The notes under the pieces: model-generated
Databases searched by the model: none
Told to the model about the DNA's origin: nothing
What the model saw: only the letters and a program-made list of their open reading frames with translations
Program-made: the position numbers and the translations under genes
In this document: positions 51,646 through 60,647 of the stretch, piece by piece
How the letters are laid out: each line of letters starts with the position of its first letter
Position numbering within the stretch: position 1 is the first letter of the stretch
NCBI GenBank assembly: GCA_963702475.1
Contig: CAVPCT010000003.1
Location: 384,001-448,000, forward strand
Length of the DNA stretch: 64,000 bases
Source of the DNA: an uncultured Thermoleophilia bacterium
GTDB lineage: Bacteria; Actinomycetota; Thermoleophilia; UBA2241
Reading direction: 5' to 3'

Positions 51646-53760
51646 GTGACCGCCGTCTCACACTCGGTTCTGACGCGTCCCGCACCGATCGGGCGCGCCT
51701 CTCTCGTCGCAACGGGCGGGGTGTTGCTCCTGACGGGACCGCGCGGGAGCGGCAAGACGACCGCCTGCCGCGCGCTGGTCTCGGACACGGTCTCCCGCGC
51801 TGGCGTGGTGGCCGGCATCGTGTGTCCCGCCCGCTTCCGCGACGGCGTCAAGGTCGGCATCGACGCCGTGGACGTGGCGAGCGGTGCGCGCCGGCGGCTC
51901 GCCACGAGGCTCGACGGCGCCGACGCGTATCATGCGGCGGCCGGAGGGGACCTCATCCTCGGCTCCTGGAGCTTCGACCGCGAGGCTCTGGCCTGGGCCG
52001 ACGACGTGCTGGCGGCCTCGTCCCCGGCGTGCGATCTGCTCGTGATCGACGAGCTCGGCCCCCTGGAGCTGCTGCGCGGTGAAGGCCTGACCTCGGCGCT
52101 GGACCTCGTCGACGCGGCCGCGGCCGGCCTCGTCGTGGCGGTCGTGCGGCCTGAGCTCGTGGACGTCGCGCTGGAGCGCTGGCCGCTCGCCCGCACCGTC
52201 ACTCCGGATGCGCTGGCGGCGCAGGTGCGCGCCGCGGGCCTCGACGACTCCGGAGTCGCAGGCCGGCCTCGTCGGGGCGCGCCCGCGGCGCCGGCCGTCG
52301 AGCTCCGCGGCCTCTCGGTCACCTATGCGGGTCGGCCCGCGCTGCGCGACGTGACCCTCGACGTGGCGGCGGGCGAGTTCGTGCTCGTCAGCGGCCCCTC
52401 CGGTTGCGGCAAGAGCACGCTGGCGCGAGTCTTGGCCGGTCTCGTCCCTCACGTGCTGCCCGGCGTCGTCGACGGGGCGGTCAGGGTCGGAGAGGTCGAC
52501 CCGGTCGCCCGCGGTCCGGCGGCGACCGCCCGCCATGTGGGCACGGTGTTCCAGGAGCCGGCTTCCCAGCTCTTCTGTCTCACCGTCGACGAGGAGCTCG
52601 CCTTCGGGCCACGGAACCTCGGCCTCGACGAACGGGAGGTGGCGGAGCGGGTGGACCGGGCCGTGACGGCCTGCTCCCTCGAGGCCGTGCGCTCGCGGGC
52701 GCCGGCGGCGCTCTCGGGGGGCGAGCAGCAGCGGGTGGCGACCGCGGCGGTGCTGACGATGAGGCCGCGTGTGCTCGTGCTCGACGAACCGCTTGCCGGT
52801 CTCGACCTGGGGGGCGTCCGTGCGCTCCTTGCGACGCTGGAGCGCCTCAACCGTGAGGAGGGCGTGACCGTCGTCCTCATCGAGCACAGGCTGGGGGAGG
52901 TCGTGTCGCTGGCGGACCGCGTCGTGCTGCTGGAGCGCGGTCGCGTGGTGGCCGACGGCCGGCCCCGGGAGATCCTCCACGACGAGGAGCTGTCGCGCCG
53001 GCTGGGGTTCCGCCATCCGGCCGTCGAGCCGGCGTCGGAGTGGGAGGATCTCCTGCAGCCGCTGGCCGGTCCCGGCGCCGGCGAGGTCGTGCTTCGCGCC
53101 GAGCATCTCGCGGCGGGCTACGGGAGGCGCCGCGTGCTCCACGACGTCGAGCTCGAGCTGCACGCCGGGGAGCTCGTGGCCCTCGTCGGCGAGAACGGCT
53201 CGGGCAAGAGCACGCTGGCGCGCGTCCTCGCCGGTCTCCGGCGTCCGGCCTCGGGCAGCCTGACGTTCCCCGGCGTGCGGAAGCCGCGGCCGGGCCGTGA
53301 CATCGGGCTCCTGCTGCAGGACCCGGCCGACCAGCTGCTCACGGACGAGGTGGACGCGGAGGTCGCCCTGGGGCCACGCTCCTGGGGGCGCTTCGACGCG
53401 GCGGCGCACGAGGACCTGCTCAGGAGGAGCGACCTCGCCGACCTGCGCGGCTATCCTCCGCTCTCCCTGTCCGCCGGACAGCAGCAACGCACCGTGCTCG
53501 CCGCTTCTCTGGCGTTGAGGCCGCGTGTCCTCATCCTGGACGAGCCGACCCACGGCCAGGACTGGGGACACCTGGAGCATCTCGTGGGCGTCCTCCAGGA
53601 CCTCAAGGCGGGCGGCAGCGCGATCCTGCTCATCACGCACGACTTCAAGCTGGCCCACTTCTGCGCCGACCGGGTGATGGTCCTCCGCGACGGGCGCATC
53701 GCCGCCGAGGGCGCCTTCTCGCGGCGTGGAGCACGTACCGGACGTGGGGCGGAGCCGTGA
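51646..53760 (+). CDS. ECF transporter ATPase: NTPase_1/DUF2478-like domain fused to EcfA-EcfA'
   Basis: Three Walker A motifs (GPRGSGKT, GPSGCGKS, GENGSGKS); LLVIDELGPLE; EcfA signatures FQEP..QLF..TV.EELAFGP.N, LSGGEQQR, LDEP. Confidence 0.85.
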   Translation: MTAVSHSVLTRPAPIGRASLVATGGVLLLTGPRGSGKTTACRALVSDTVSRAGVVAGIVCPARFRDGVKVGIDAVDVASGARRRLATRLDGADAYHAAAGGDLILGSWSFDREALAWADDVLAASSPACDLLVIDELGPLELLRGEGLTSALDLVDAAAAGLVVAVVRPELVDVALERWPLARTVTPDALAAQVRAAGLDDSGVAGRPRRGAPAAPAVELRGLSVTYAGRPALRDVTLDVAAGEFVLVSGPSGCGKSTLARVLAGLVPHVLPGVVDGAVRVGEVDPVARGPAATARHVGTVFQEPASQLFCLTVDEELAFGPRNLGLDEREVAERVDRAVTACSLEAVRSRAPAALSGGEQQRVATAAVLTMRPRVLVLDEPLAGLDLGGVRALLATLERLNREEGVTVVLIEHRLGEVVSLADRVVLLERGRVVADGRPREILHDEELSRRLGFRHPAVEPASEWEDLLQPLAGPGAGEVVLRAEHLAAGYGRRRVLHDVELELHAGELVALVGENGSGKSTLARVLAGLRRPASGSLTFPGVRKPRPGRDIGLLLQDPADQLLTDEVDAEVALGPRSWGRFDAAAHEDLLRRSDLADLRGYPPLSLSAGQQQRTVLAASLALRPRVLILDEPTHGQDWGHLEHLVGVLQDLKAGGSAILLITHDFKLAHFCADRVMVLRDGRIAAEGAFSRRGARTGRGAEP

Positions 53761-54371
53761 AGTTCTCGACCAAGGAGCTGGTGACGCTGGCGGTGTTCGG
53801 CACGCTGTGGGGAAGCGTGGAGATGACGCTGGGAGCCTGGTTGCACGCGGCCAACGCGCCGTTCACGGGGCTTCTGCTCGCCGGCGTGGGCATCTGTGTC
53901 GCCCTCATCGGCTACGTGTTCGTGCCGCGCGCAGGCGCCGTGTTCATGATCAGCCTGGTCGCGGCGATCCTGAAGGCGTTCAGCGTCGGCGGCGTGGTGC
54001 TCAACCCCATGATCGCGATCGTCGTGGAGGGCCTGCTCGCCGAGCTCGGCTTGGCCATCGGCGGCCGGCACCGTCGTTTGCTGCCGTTCCTCCTGGCCGG
54101 CGTGCTCGCCGTCAACTGGTCGCTGGTGCAGCCCTTCTTCACCCAGGGCGTGCTCGCCGGGCAAGGTGTGTTCCTCATCTACACGCGCACGCTGCAGAGG
54201 GTCGCCGACCTGCTGGGTCTGAGCCCCGGCATGGTTGTCGCCCTGGTCGCCATCGTCGTCCTGGCGCACTCGCTGGTCGGTCTGGGCGCGGGCGCGGTGG
54301 CGGCCGGCGTGGGGCGTCAGCTCACGCGACGTCTGCGTTCGCGTGCCCCCGTGGAGGTTCCAGGTGACTGA
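53757..54371 (+). CDS. ECF S-component-like membrane protein
   Basis: ~200 aa, ~6 TM, MKFSTKELV.LA N-terminus; between ecfA and ecfT. Confidence 0.75.
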   Translation: MKFSTKELVTLAVFGTLWGSVEMTLGAWLHAANAPFTGLLLAGVGICVALIGYVFVPRAGAVFMISLVAAILKAFSVGGVVLNPMIAIVVEGLLAELGLAIGGRHRRLLPFLLAGVLAVNWSLVQPFFTQGVLAGQGVFLIYTRTLQRVADLLGLSPGMVVALVAIVVLAHSLVGLGAGAVAAGVGRQLTRRLRSRAPVEVPGD

Positions 54372-55152
54372 GCGACGTAGCGGGCTCAGCGAGGGGGGCT
54401 CCGCAGGGGCACCGCTCAGTGACCGGCGGAGCGTCGCCACCCCACGAACGGCCGCGACCGCATCACTCGGCGGGTGGCTCGGCACCCCGGGCTACCTCTG
54501 CTGTTTCGCCGCCTCGATGACGGCGGCCGTGCTGCTGCCCGGCTGGCGGGCGGCGCTGGCTCTCGCCCTCGCTGCGGCTCTCGCGCTGCTGTTCTACCGC
54601 GTCGCCTTCCGCGCGCTGACGCACCCAGGGCTCTGGGTCTTCGTGGGCTTGCTGCTGGTCTCGATGACGTTCTGGGTGGGGGAGCCGACCGGCAGCCTGG
54701 GTCCGTTGCCGGCGTCCCTCAGCGGGCTGTCCGCCGGCCTGCAGATGTCGTTGCGGGCGCTGGCCATCACGCTGGCGGTGCGCGGGCTGGCGGCGCGCGT
54801 CTCGCCCGGGGAGTCGGCCGGCCTGCTGGAGCGCGCCGGCGTCAAGGGGCTGGGGTTCACCGTTGGCGTCGCCTTCAACCTCCTCCCGTCCATGGAGCGG
54901 TCTGTCCGCCAGACGCTGGACACGGCGCGACTGCGTGGAGGGTCGCTGTGGCGGCGGCCGCGGGTGCTGCGCCTGGCCGCCGTGACCGCGCTCGCCTCGG
55001 CGGTGCGGCGCGCCGAGGACGTGGCCGCGGCCGCCGAGGTGCGTGGGTTCTCCCCGCAGCACACGCGCGCCTTGCCGCTACGCCGCGGGCGCTACGACCT
55101 GCGGGTGGCCGTGGTGCTCGGCCTCGTGGTCGCCGGTCTCGTGGTCCTCTGA
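54364..55152 (+). CDS. ecfT: ECF T-component
   Basis: Hydrophobic; coupling motifs ARLRG and AEVRGF. Confidence 0.8.
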   Translation: MTERRSGLSEGGSAGAPLSDRRSVATPRTAATASLGGWLGTPGYLCCFAASMTAAVLLPGWRAALALALAAALALLFYRVAFRALTHPGLWVFVGLLLVSMTFWVGEPTGSLGPLPASLSGLSAGLQMSLRALAITLAVRGLAARVSPGESAGLLERAGVKGLGFTVGVAFNLLPSMERSVRQTLDTARLRGGSLWRRPRVLRLAAVTALASAVRRAEDVAAAAEVRGFSPQHTRALPLRRGRYDLRVAVVLGLVVAGLVVL

Positions 55153-55280
55153 GCCGAGTGGGCTTCGATGGCCGCGATGCGAGGCACCGCCTGCGGCGGA
55201 TGCCATCCTGTACAACGCGAACGCCGTCCGTTCTACCCCGGCGTCCTTGTGAGCCGTCGCACGACCGCGTAGACTCACTG

Positions 55281-55386
55281 CGCTTCTCCGAGTCGTGGAT
55301 GCCTAAGGGCCGAAGGGCCTATGGCGCCGCGACCGGAAGGGTACAGCGGGAAACCGCCGTGTCTCCCAGTGCGGAAAGGAGAGCGC
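55281..55386 (+). ncRNA. Moco-class riboswitch lacking P3 (Tuco/tungsten-type variant)
   Basis: CTCCGAG..CCTAAGG..TATGG..GGGT..GGAAAC..GTCTCCC..GGAAAGGAG; P1 GCGCTTCTCC/GGAGAGCGC; TAGACT -10 element at 55270. Confidence 0.8.
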
Positions 55387-55570
55387 GCTTCGCCGGGCCT
55401 CTCCGCGTGCGGAAGGGCCCTTTCGTTGCCCCCGTCACGCGGGCGGCCCACCGCCGCCGGTGCACGCGTCCCGGCGACCGACGGGGCTCCTCCTCGTTCC
55501 CCACCGGGCGAACCGGCCGTCCCGACCTTCCCGGAGAAGCGGTAACCGGGCCACGGGGAGGAGTGGGAGC

Positions 55571-56695
55571 ATGACAAGAAGACTGACTGTTATCACCGTG
55601 CTGGTGGTCGTTCTGGTGCTCGCGGCGGGGGCGATGGCGTTCGCCAGGCATGCCGCCTCGTCCGAGATGTACGGCTGGGACCTGCAGCTGCGCAACACGG
55701 TGTCCACCCAGTACAGCAGCGACATGGCGTACAAGGCGTTCACCGCCTGGGCGGCCGCGCATCAGGTGACGATCGTCGACACCAACAAGACGCCGGACAA
55801 CCCGGCCGACGACACCACGTACAAGGGCGTCGCCCTCAAGACGCTCGTGGGGTATTTCGACGACGCCGACCCCGGCACGTTCAACACGGCGCTGGCCTCG
55901 GCCGGGTACAACGTCGTGCTCATGGGCATGGACGGCTTCACCGGCACGTTCAGTGCAGCCGACATCGCCGCCCTTGGCGACAAGGTCATCCTCGCCAATC
56001 TCGCCAACGACGCCCCGCTTGCGGTGCCGGCCGCCACACTCGGCAGCGGTGGCGCTGCCAGCTGGAAGCCGAGCTGGCCGCTCAGGGTCGTCAGCAACGA
56101 GGGCAGCGTGACCGGCAAGATGAAGCCCGGCGGCGTGCTGCGCGTGAGCATCGTGTCGGCCACAGATCCCAACGCGCCGGCCGAGCCCGTGGCCTGGGAC
56201 CTGCAGCTGCGGAACACGAAGACCAAGAAGTACAGCGCCGACATGACCTCCACGCAGTGGGCGACCTGGGCGGCCAAGGCCGGACGTACCGTCACCGTCA
56301 GCAGCACCGAAGGCACGAAGACCGTCGCCTACAAGGGCGTCTCGCTCAAGAACCTGGTCGGCTACTTCGACGACAAGAACCGCACCACGTTCAACACGAA
56401 GCTGGCCGCCAAGGGCTACTACATCACCATCCTCGGCATGGACGGGTTCAGCTACGCGTGGTCGAGCAAGGGCCTCGCCAAGCTCGGTAACAAGGTCATC
56501 GTGGCGAGCCAGGCCGACGGCGCCCCGCTGCCCGTGCCCAAGCCCTTCGTCAACAGCGAGGGCGCCGCGGAGTGGGTGCCCGACTGGCCGCTGCGCGTGG
56601 TGAGCAACGTGCCCGACGTGGAGGTGGATGCGAAGGTCCAGGGCATCGTGCGCCTGACGATCTCGTCGAAGGCGCCCAAGACAGCCCCCTTTTGA
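55571..56695 (+). CDS. Secreted protein with two tandem molybdopterin-oxidoreductase-like domains
   Basis: Signal peptide; duplicated WDLQLRNT..YS.DM..YKGV.LK.LVGYFDD..GMDGF..KVI.A..WPLRVVSN. Confidence 0.8.
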   Translation: MTRRLTVITVLVVVLVLAAGAMAFARHAASSEMYGWDLQLRNTVSTQYSSDMAYKAFTAWAAAHQVTIVDTNKTPDNPADDTTYKGVALKTLVGYFDDADPGTFNTALASAGYNVVLMGMDGFTGTFSAADIAALGDKVILANLANDAPLAVPAATLGSGGAASWKPSWPLRVVSNEGSVTGKMKPGGVLRVSIVSATDPNAPAEPVAWDLQLRNTKTKKYSADMTSTQWATWAAKAGRTVTVSSTEGTKTVAYKGVSLKNLVGYFDDKNRTTFNTKLAAKGYYITILGMDGFSYAWSSKGLAKLGNKVIVASQADGAPLPVPKPFVNSEGAAEWVPDWPLRVVSNVPDVEVDAKVQGIVRLTISSKAPKTAPF

Positions 56696-57143
56696 CCGGG
56701 CGCGAGCGGCGGGCACCGACGACCTGAAGCTGACCCTGCGCGGCAAGACCAAGAAGGTGCTGCCGTGGGCCAAGGTGCCGGCCAAGGTGGCCTGGCACGG
56801 CGAGAAGGCCGGCAACATCAATCCGTCGTTGCGGTACGTGTACCGGGGCCAGACACTGTCCAAGCTGGTGGGGCTCGTGGACGGCGGGAACAGCTCGTTC
56901 AACGTCGCGCTCGCCAAGAAGGGCTACCAGATCCAGTTCGTCTGCCGGGACGGCTACAAGCCGAAGATCCCGAGCAAGTGGATCGTCGGCAAGAAGACCT
57001 GGATCGTGGCGAAGCTCAAGAGCGGCAAGCCACTGCAGGGTGACGAAGCTCCGTTCCGCTTCGTCGGCGGCAAGCCGATCACGCAGCCGTTCAACAACAA
57101 GCTGTCGGCCTACGGGGTGGTGGAGATCCGGCTCATCTTCTGA
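56694..57143 (+). CDS. Third SUOX-like domain, paralog of 51082; probable +1 frameshift continuation of 55571 (first in-frame GTG at 56757)
   Basis: Similarity to 51082 extends upstream of 56757 (DDLKLTLRGKTKK vs YADLVLKGKLTKR); CCC-TTT-TGA-C junction. Confidence 0.65.
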   Translation, partial: DRARAAGTDDLKLTLRGKTKKVLPWAKVPAKVAWHGEKAGNINPSLRYVYRGQTLSKLVGLVDGGNSSFNVALAKKGYQIQFVCRDGYKPKIPSKWIVGKKTWIVAKLKSGKPLQGDEAPFRFVGGKPITQPFNNKLSAYGVVEIRLIF

Positions 57144-57290
57144 GCCGTGCGCGACCGGCAGACGGCGCGACGGGGGCTTTCGCCCAGCTCCCGTCGCGCC
57201 TGCCGGCATCCGGCGGCCACGTGCCGCCGCGCGGGCGACGCAAGGCATGAGCCGACGACGGCTCACGGGCAGCACTGGAGGAAGTCAGCA

Positions 57291-58331
57291 ATGAAGAGAA
57301 CGAGCGTGTGGGCGGCCCTCGTGACCGTGGTGCTGGTCGCAGCCGTCGCCCTCGTGGGGACGGCGGTGACGGGCGGCGCGCCGCAGGCGTCCGCCGCCGA
57401 CCCGGTGGTGCTCACGATCACCGGCAACAGTCAGACCAAGACGTACACCATGACGGAGTTGCGGGCGCTGCCCGCCTACACCGGCTACGCCGGGTACGTG
57501 AACAGCTCCGGCACCGTCAGCCCGCCGTGGCCCATCAAGGGTGTGAAGGTCACGGACCTGCTGGCCGAGATCGGCGGCATCCCCGACGGGCAGTCGGTCG
57601 ACGTCACCGCCATCGACGACTACGGCATGACGTTCACCTGGGACGAGGCCGTCAACGGCTCCGTCACCGTGTACGACGCCACCACCAAGAAGGAGGAGCC
57701 TGCGGCCGCGCCGCTCTCCATGGTGCTGGCGTACGAGGAGAACGGCGCGCCCATCGCGGCTTACCCGACGGGAGACGGGCCCCTGCGCCTCGTGTTCGCC
57801 CAGACGCAGGACGTCGGCCAGATCGTCGACGGGCATCTGTTCGTCAAGTGGGTCGACCGCGTCGGCCTGCGCAACGCCGTCGTGCCCTGGGAGGTCAAGA
57901 TGTACGGCCTCAAGGACAAGAAGGGCAAGCGGCAGACGTACACGCTGGACCGCATGAGCTACGACTCGTGCGCCACGCCGGGGTGTCACGGCGCCTCCTG
58001 GGTCGAGCCGGCCACGCAGAAGACCTGGAGCGGCGTGCCGCTGTTCCTGTGCATCGGCAAGGTCGACGGCGGCAAGGGTCACGGCGGCTACGGCGCCTAC
58101 AACGAGGCCCTCGCCCTCAAGGGCTACCGCATCAAGATCACATCCGCCGCCGGCAAGAGTGCGATCATCGGCTCGCGGACCATCCGCAACGTCGAGACGA
58201 TCATCTTGGCCAACAAGCTGATGGGATCCGAGCTCGGACCGGACTACTACCCGCTGCGGCTGATGGGTCCCAAGATCGGCAGCAAGAACTGGGTCGGGCA
58301 GATCACCAAGATCACGCTGCTCCCGAAGTGA
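57291..58331 (+). CDS. Secreted two-domain molybdopterin-oxidoreductase-like protein with CX4CH
   Basis: SD GGAGG; signal peptide; KGVKV.DLL, DDYG, LAYEENG..GPLRL, VKWV; SCATPGCH. Confidence 0.8.
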   Translation: MKRTSVWAALVTVVLVAAVALVGTAVTGGAPQASAADPVVLTITGNSQTKTYTMTELRALPAYTGYAGYVNSSGTVSPPWPIKGVKVTDLLAEIGGIPDGQSVDVTAIDDYGMTFTWDEAVNGSVTVYDATTKKEEPAAAPLSMVLAYEENGAPIAAYPTGDGPLRLVFAQTQDVGQIVDGHLFVKWVDRVGLRNAVVPWEVKMYGLKDKKGKRQTYTLDRMSYDSCATPGCHGASWVEPATQKTWSGVPLFLCIGKVDGGKGHGGYGAYNEALALKGYRIKITSAAGKSAIIGSRTIRNVETIILANKLMGSELGPDYYPLRLMGPKIGSKNWVGQITKITLLPK

Positions 58332-58398
58332 GAGCGCTCCGTGGACACCTGACGGCCGCGTGCGCCGCGGCACCCGGTGCTGCCCAGCGGACGGCATC

Positions 58399-59418
58399 AT
58401 GAGGACCCGGGTCCTCGCGGCCGTCGCCTTCGTGCTGGCGCTCTCCGTGCCGGCCGGCCTGGCCGCCTGCGGCGGCCAGGCCGGCCCCTCCGCCTCGCCT
58501 TCGCCCTCCGTGAGCCCCTCCGGGCCCGTCGTGCTCACGGTGGTCGGCGAGGACGGCCAGAAGCAGTTCACGATGAACCAGCTCCAGGCGCTGCCGGCCT
58601 ACACCGGGTACGCCGGCCTCAAGAGCAGCACCGGCGTCATCACGCTCCCCGTGGAGTACACCGGCGTCTCGCTCACCTCGCTCACCGACCTCGTGGGCGG
58701 CATGAGCAAGACCAACGGCGTCACGCTCGTGGCGAAGGACGGCTACGGTATGACGATCTCGTACGCGCAGCTCGTCGATCACGCCTTCACGACCTATGAC
58801 CCTGCCACGGGCGACGAGGTGCCGCCGGCGGACGACCTCACGGTCATCGTCGCCTACGCACGAGAGGGCGAGCCGCTGGGCGAGGACGAAGGGCCGCTGC
58901 GGCTGATGGTCGCCTCCCCCGATCCCGGAGGGCAGATCGTCGACGGACACTGGACGGTGAAGTGGGTCGACCGGGTCTCGGTCACCAAGGCCTCCGCGGA
59001 GTGGAAGGTGCAGATCCAGGGCGCGCGCCCCGACACCCTGGACAAGCCCAGGTACGTCAACTGCGCCTCGCCCGGCTGCCACGGTTCGGGCTGGGTGGAC
59101 GACAGCGGAAGGCGCTGGGAGGGCATCCCGCTCTACCTGGTCGCCGGTCTCGTGGACGACGAGAAGAAGCACGGCGAGGGCGCCTACAACGCGGCCCTGG
59201 CGAAGCAGGGCTACGACATCCTCATCGAGGACGCCGACGGCGAGGTGACGACCATCGACTCCCGCGACATCGCCGGCAGGGACGACGTGGTGCTGTCGTC
59301 CAAGGTGGACGGCGGCGAGCTCTCCGACGAGGACTTCCCGCTGCGGCTGGTCGGCCCGGGTCTGGACGAAGCGCAGATGCCCGGGCGCGTCGCCCGCATC
59401 GTCGTGCGCCCGCGGTAG
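58399..59418 (+). CDS. Lipoprotein paralog, two SUOX-like domains with CX4CH
   Basis: Lipobox LAAC; YTGV.L, DGYG, AY.REG.PL..GPLRL, VKWV; NCASPGCH. Confidence 0.8.
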   Translation: MRTRVLAAVAFVLALSVPAGLAACGGQAGPSASPSPSVSPSGPVVLTVVGEDGQKQFTMNQLQALPAYTGYAGLKSSTGVITLPVEYTGVSLTSLTDLVGGMSKTNGVTLVAKDGYGMTISYAQLVDHAFTTYDPATGDEVPPADDLTVIVAYAREGEPLGEDEGPLRLMVASPDPGGQIVDGHWTVKWVDRVSVTKASAEWKVQIQGARPDTLDKPRYVNCASPGCHGSGWVDDSGRRWEGIPLYLVAGLVDDEKKHGEGAYNAALAKQGYDILIEDADGEVTTIDSRDIAGRDDVVLSSKVDGGELSDEDFPLRLVGPGLDEAQMPGRVARIVVRPR

Positions 59419-59428
59419 CGGGTACGGC

Positions 59429-60547
59429 ATGGCGGCAGGTGGTCGCGGGTCCGGGCGGGCGGTCCGGAGTGCGTGGGCTCGCGGGGCCGCACTCGCGCTG
59501 CTGGCCTGCGTCGCACTGCCGGCAGCGGCCCTCTCGGCGGCCTGCGGCGACACCCCGCGGCAGGTCAGGGTGATCGAGGCGGGCAGCCTCATCGTCCCGT
59601 TCGCCGACGTGGCCGCCGCGTTCGAACGGTCGCACCCGGGCGTGGAGGTCGTCACGGAGAGCCACGGAAGCATCCAGGTGCTGCGCTACGTGTCGGAGCT
59701 CGGCGAGCGCTTCGACCTCGCCGCGAGCGCCGACGAGCAGCTCATGGAGCCGCTGCTGTACGACCGCGACGACCCGGCGACGGGCGAGCCCTTCGCGAGC
59801 TGGTACTGCTCGTTCGCCACGAACCGGGTGGTCCTCGCCGTGTCGCCGAAGAGCCCGCTGGCCGGGCAGCTCACGGCCGCCGACTGGTACCGGCGCATCA
59901 CGGAGCCGGATGTGCGCTTCGGGCTCGCCGACCCGCGCTTCGACGCCGCCGGCTACCGCGCCCTGATGGTGCTCCAGCTGGCCGAGCGTGCCTACGACGA
60001 CCCGTACTTGTTCGAGGACATGTTCATGGGCGCGTTCACGTCGCCGGTGACCGTCGAGCAGCGCGGTCCGACGGCGGTCATCGAGGTCCCCGAGATCCTC
60101 GAGACCCGCTCCGGATCGCACGTCGTGCTCCGCGGCGCGAGCATCCAGCTGGTGGCGCTGCTGGAATCGGGCGACCTCGATTGCGCCTTCGAGTACGAGA
60201 GCGTCGCCCGGCAGCACGGGCTCGAGTACGTGCGGCTGCCCGGCTCCGTGGACCTCGGCGATCCGTCCCGCCGCGACCTGTACGGGACGGTGGAGGTCAA
60301 GCTCGACTTCCAGCGCTTCGCCAGCGTGCGCCCGGTCTTCCGCGGCGACGTGATCCGCTACGCGTTCACGATCCCCGCGAACGCGCCGGACCCCGAGCTG
60401 GCGGCGGAGTTCGCGGCGTTCCTTGTCGGCGAGGAGGGCCGCAGCATCCTCCTCGCCGACCACCAGCCTCTGCTCACGCCGCCCGAGCTCGACGGCGCGG
60501 CCGCCGCCCCGGAGGAGGTGAGACGGGCGTGCGCAGGGTCACGGTGA
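59429..60547 (+). CDS. wtpA: Tungstate/molybdate ABC transporter binding lipoprotein (WtpA-type)
   Basis: AGSL..PF, E.HGS, SAD, DP..D..GYR, LLESG.LD.AF.Y.SVA.QH.L. Confidence 0.85.
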   Translation: MAAGGRGSGRAVRSAWARGAALALLACVALPAAALSAACGDTPRQVRVIEAGSLIVPFADVAAAFERSHPGVEVVTESHGSIQVLRYVSELGERFDLAASADEQLMEPLLYDRDDPATGEPFASWYCSFATNRVVLAVSPKSPLAGQLTAADWYRRITEPDVRFGLADPRFDAAGYRALMVLQLAERAYDDPYLFEDMFMGAFTSPVTVEQRGPTAVIEVPEILETRSGSHVVLRGASIQLVALLESGDLDCAFEYESVARQHGLEYVRLPGSVDLGDPSRRDLYGTVEVKLDFQRFASVRPVFRGDVIRYAFTIPANAPDPELAAEFAAFLVGEEGRSILLADHQPLLTPPELDGAAAAPEEVRRACAGSR

Positions 60548-60647
60548 GCGTCCTCAGGGATCACAGGCGACCCTTCGCGCCGGGGCCCTGCGCCCGCCCG
60601 TCTCCCGCCGGGCGCGGATCGTACCGGCGGCGGCCCCTCACGGGCCC

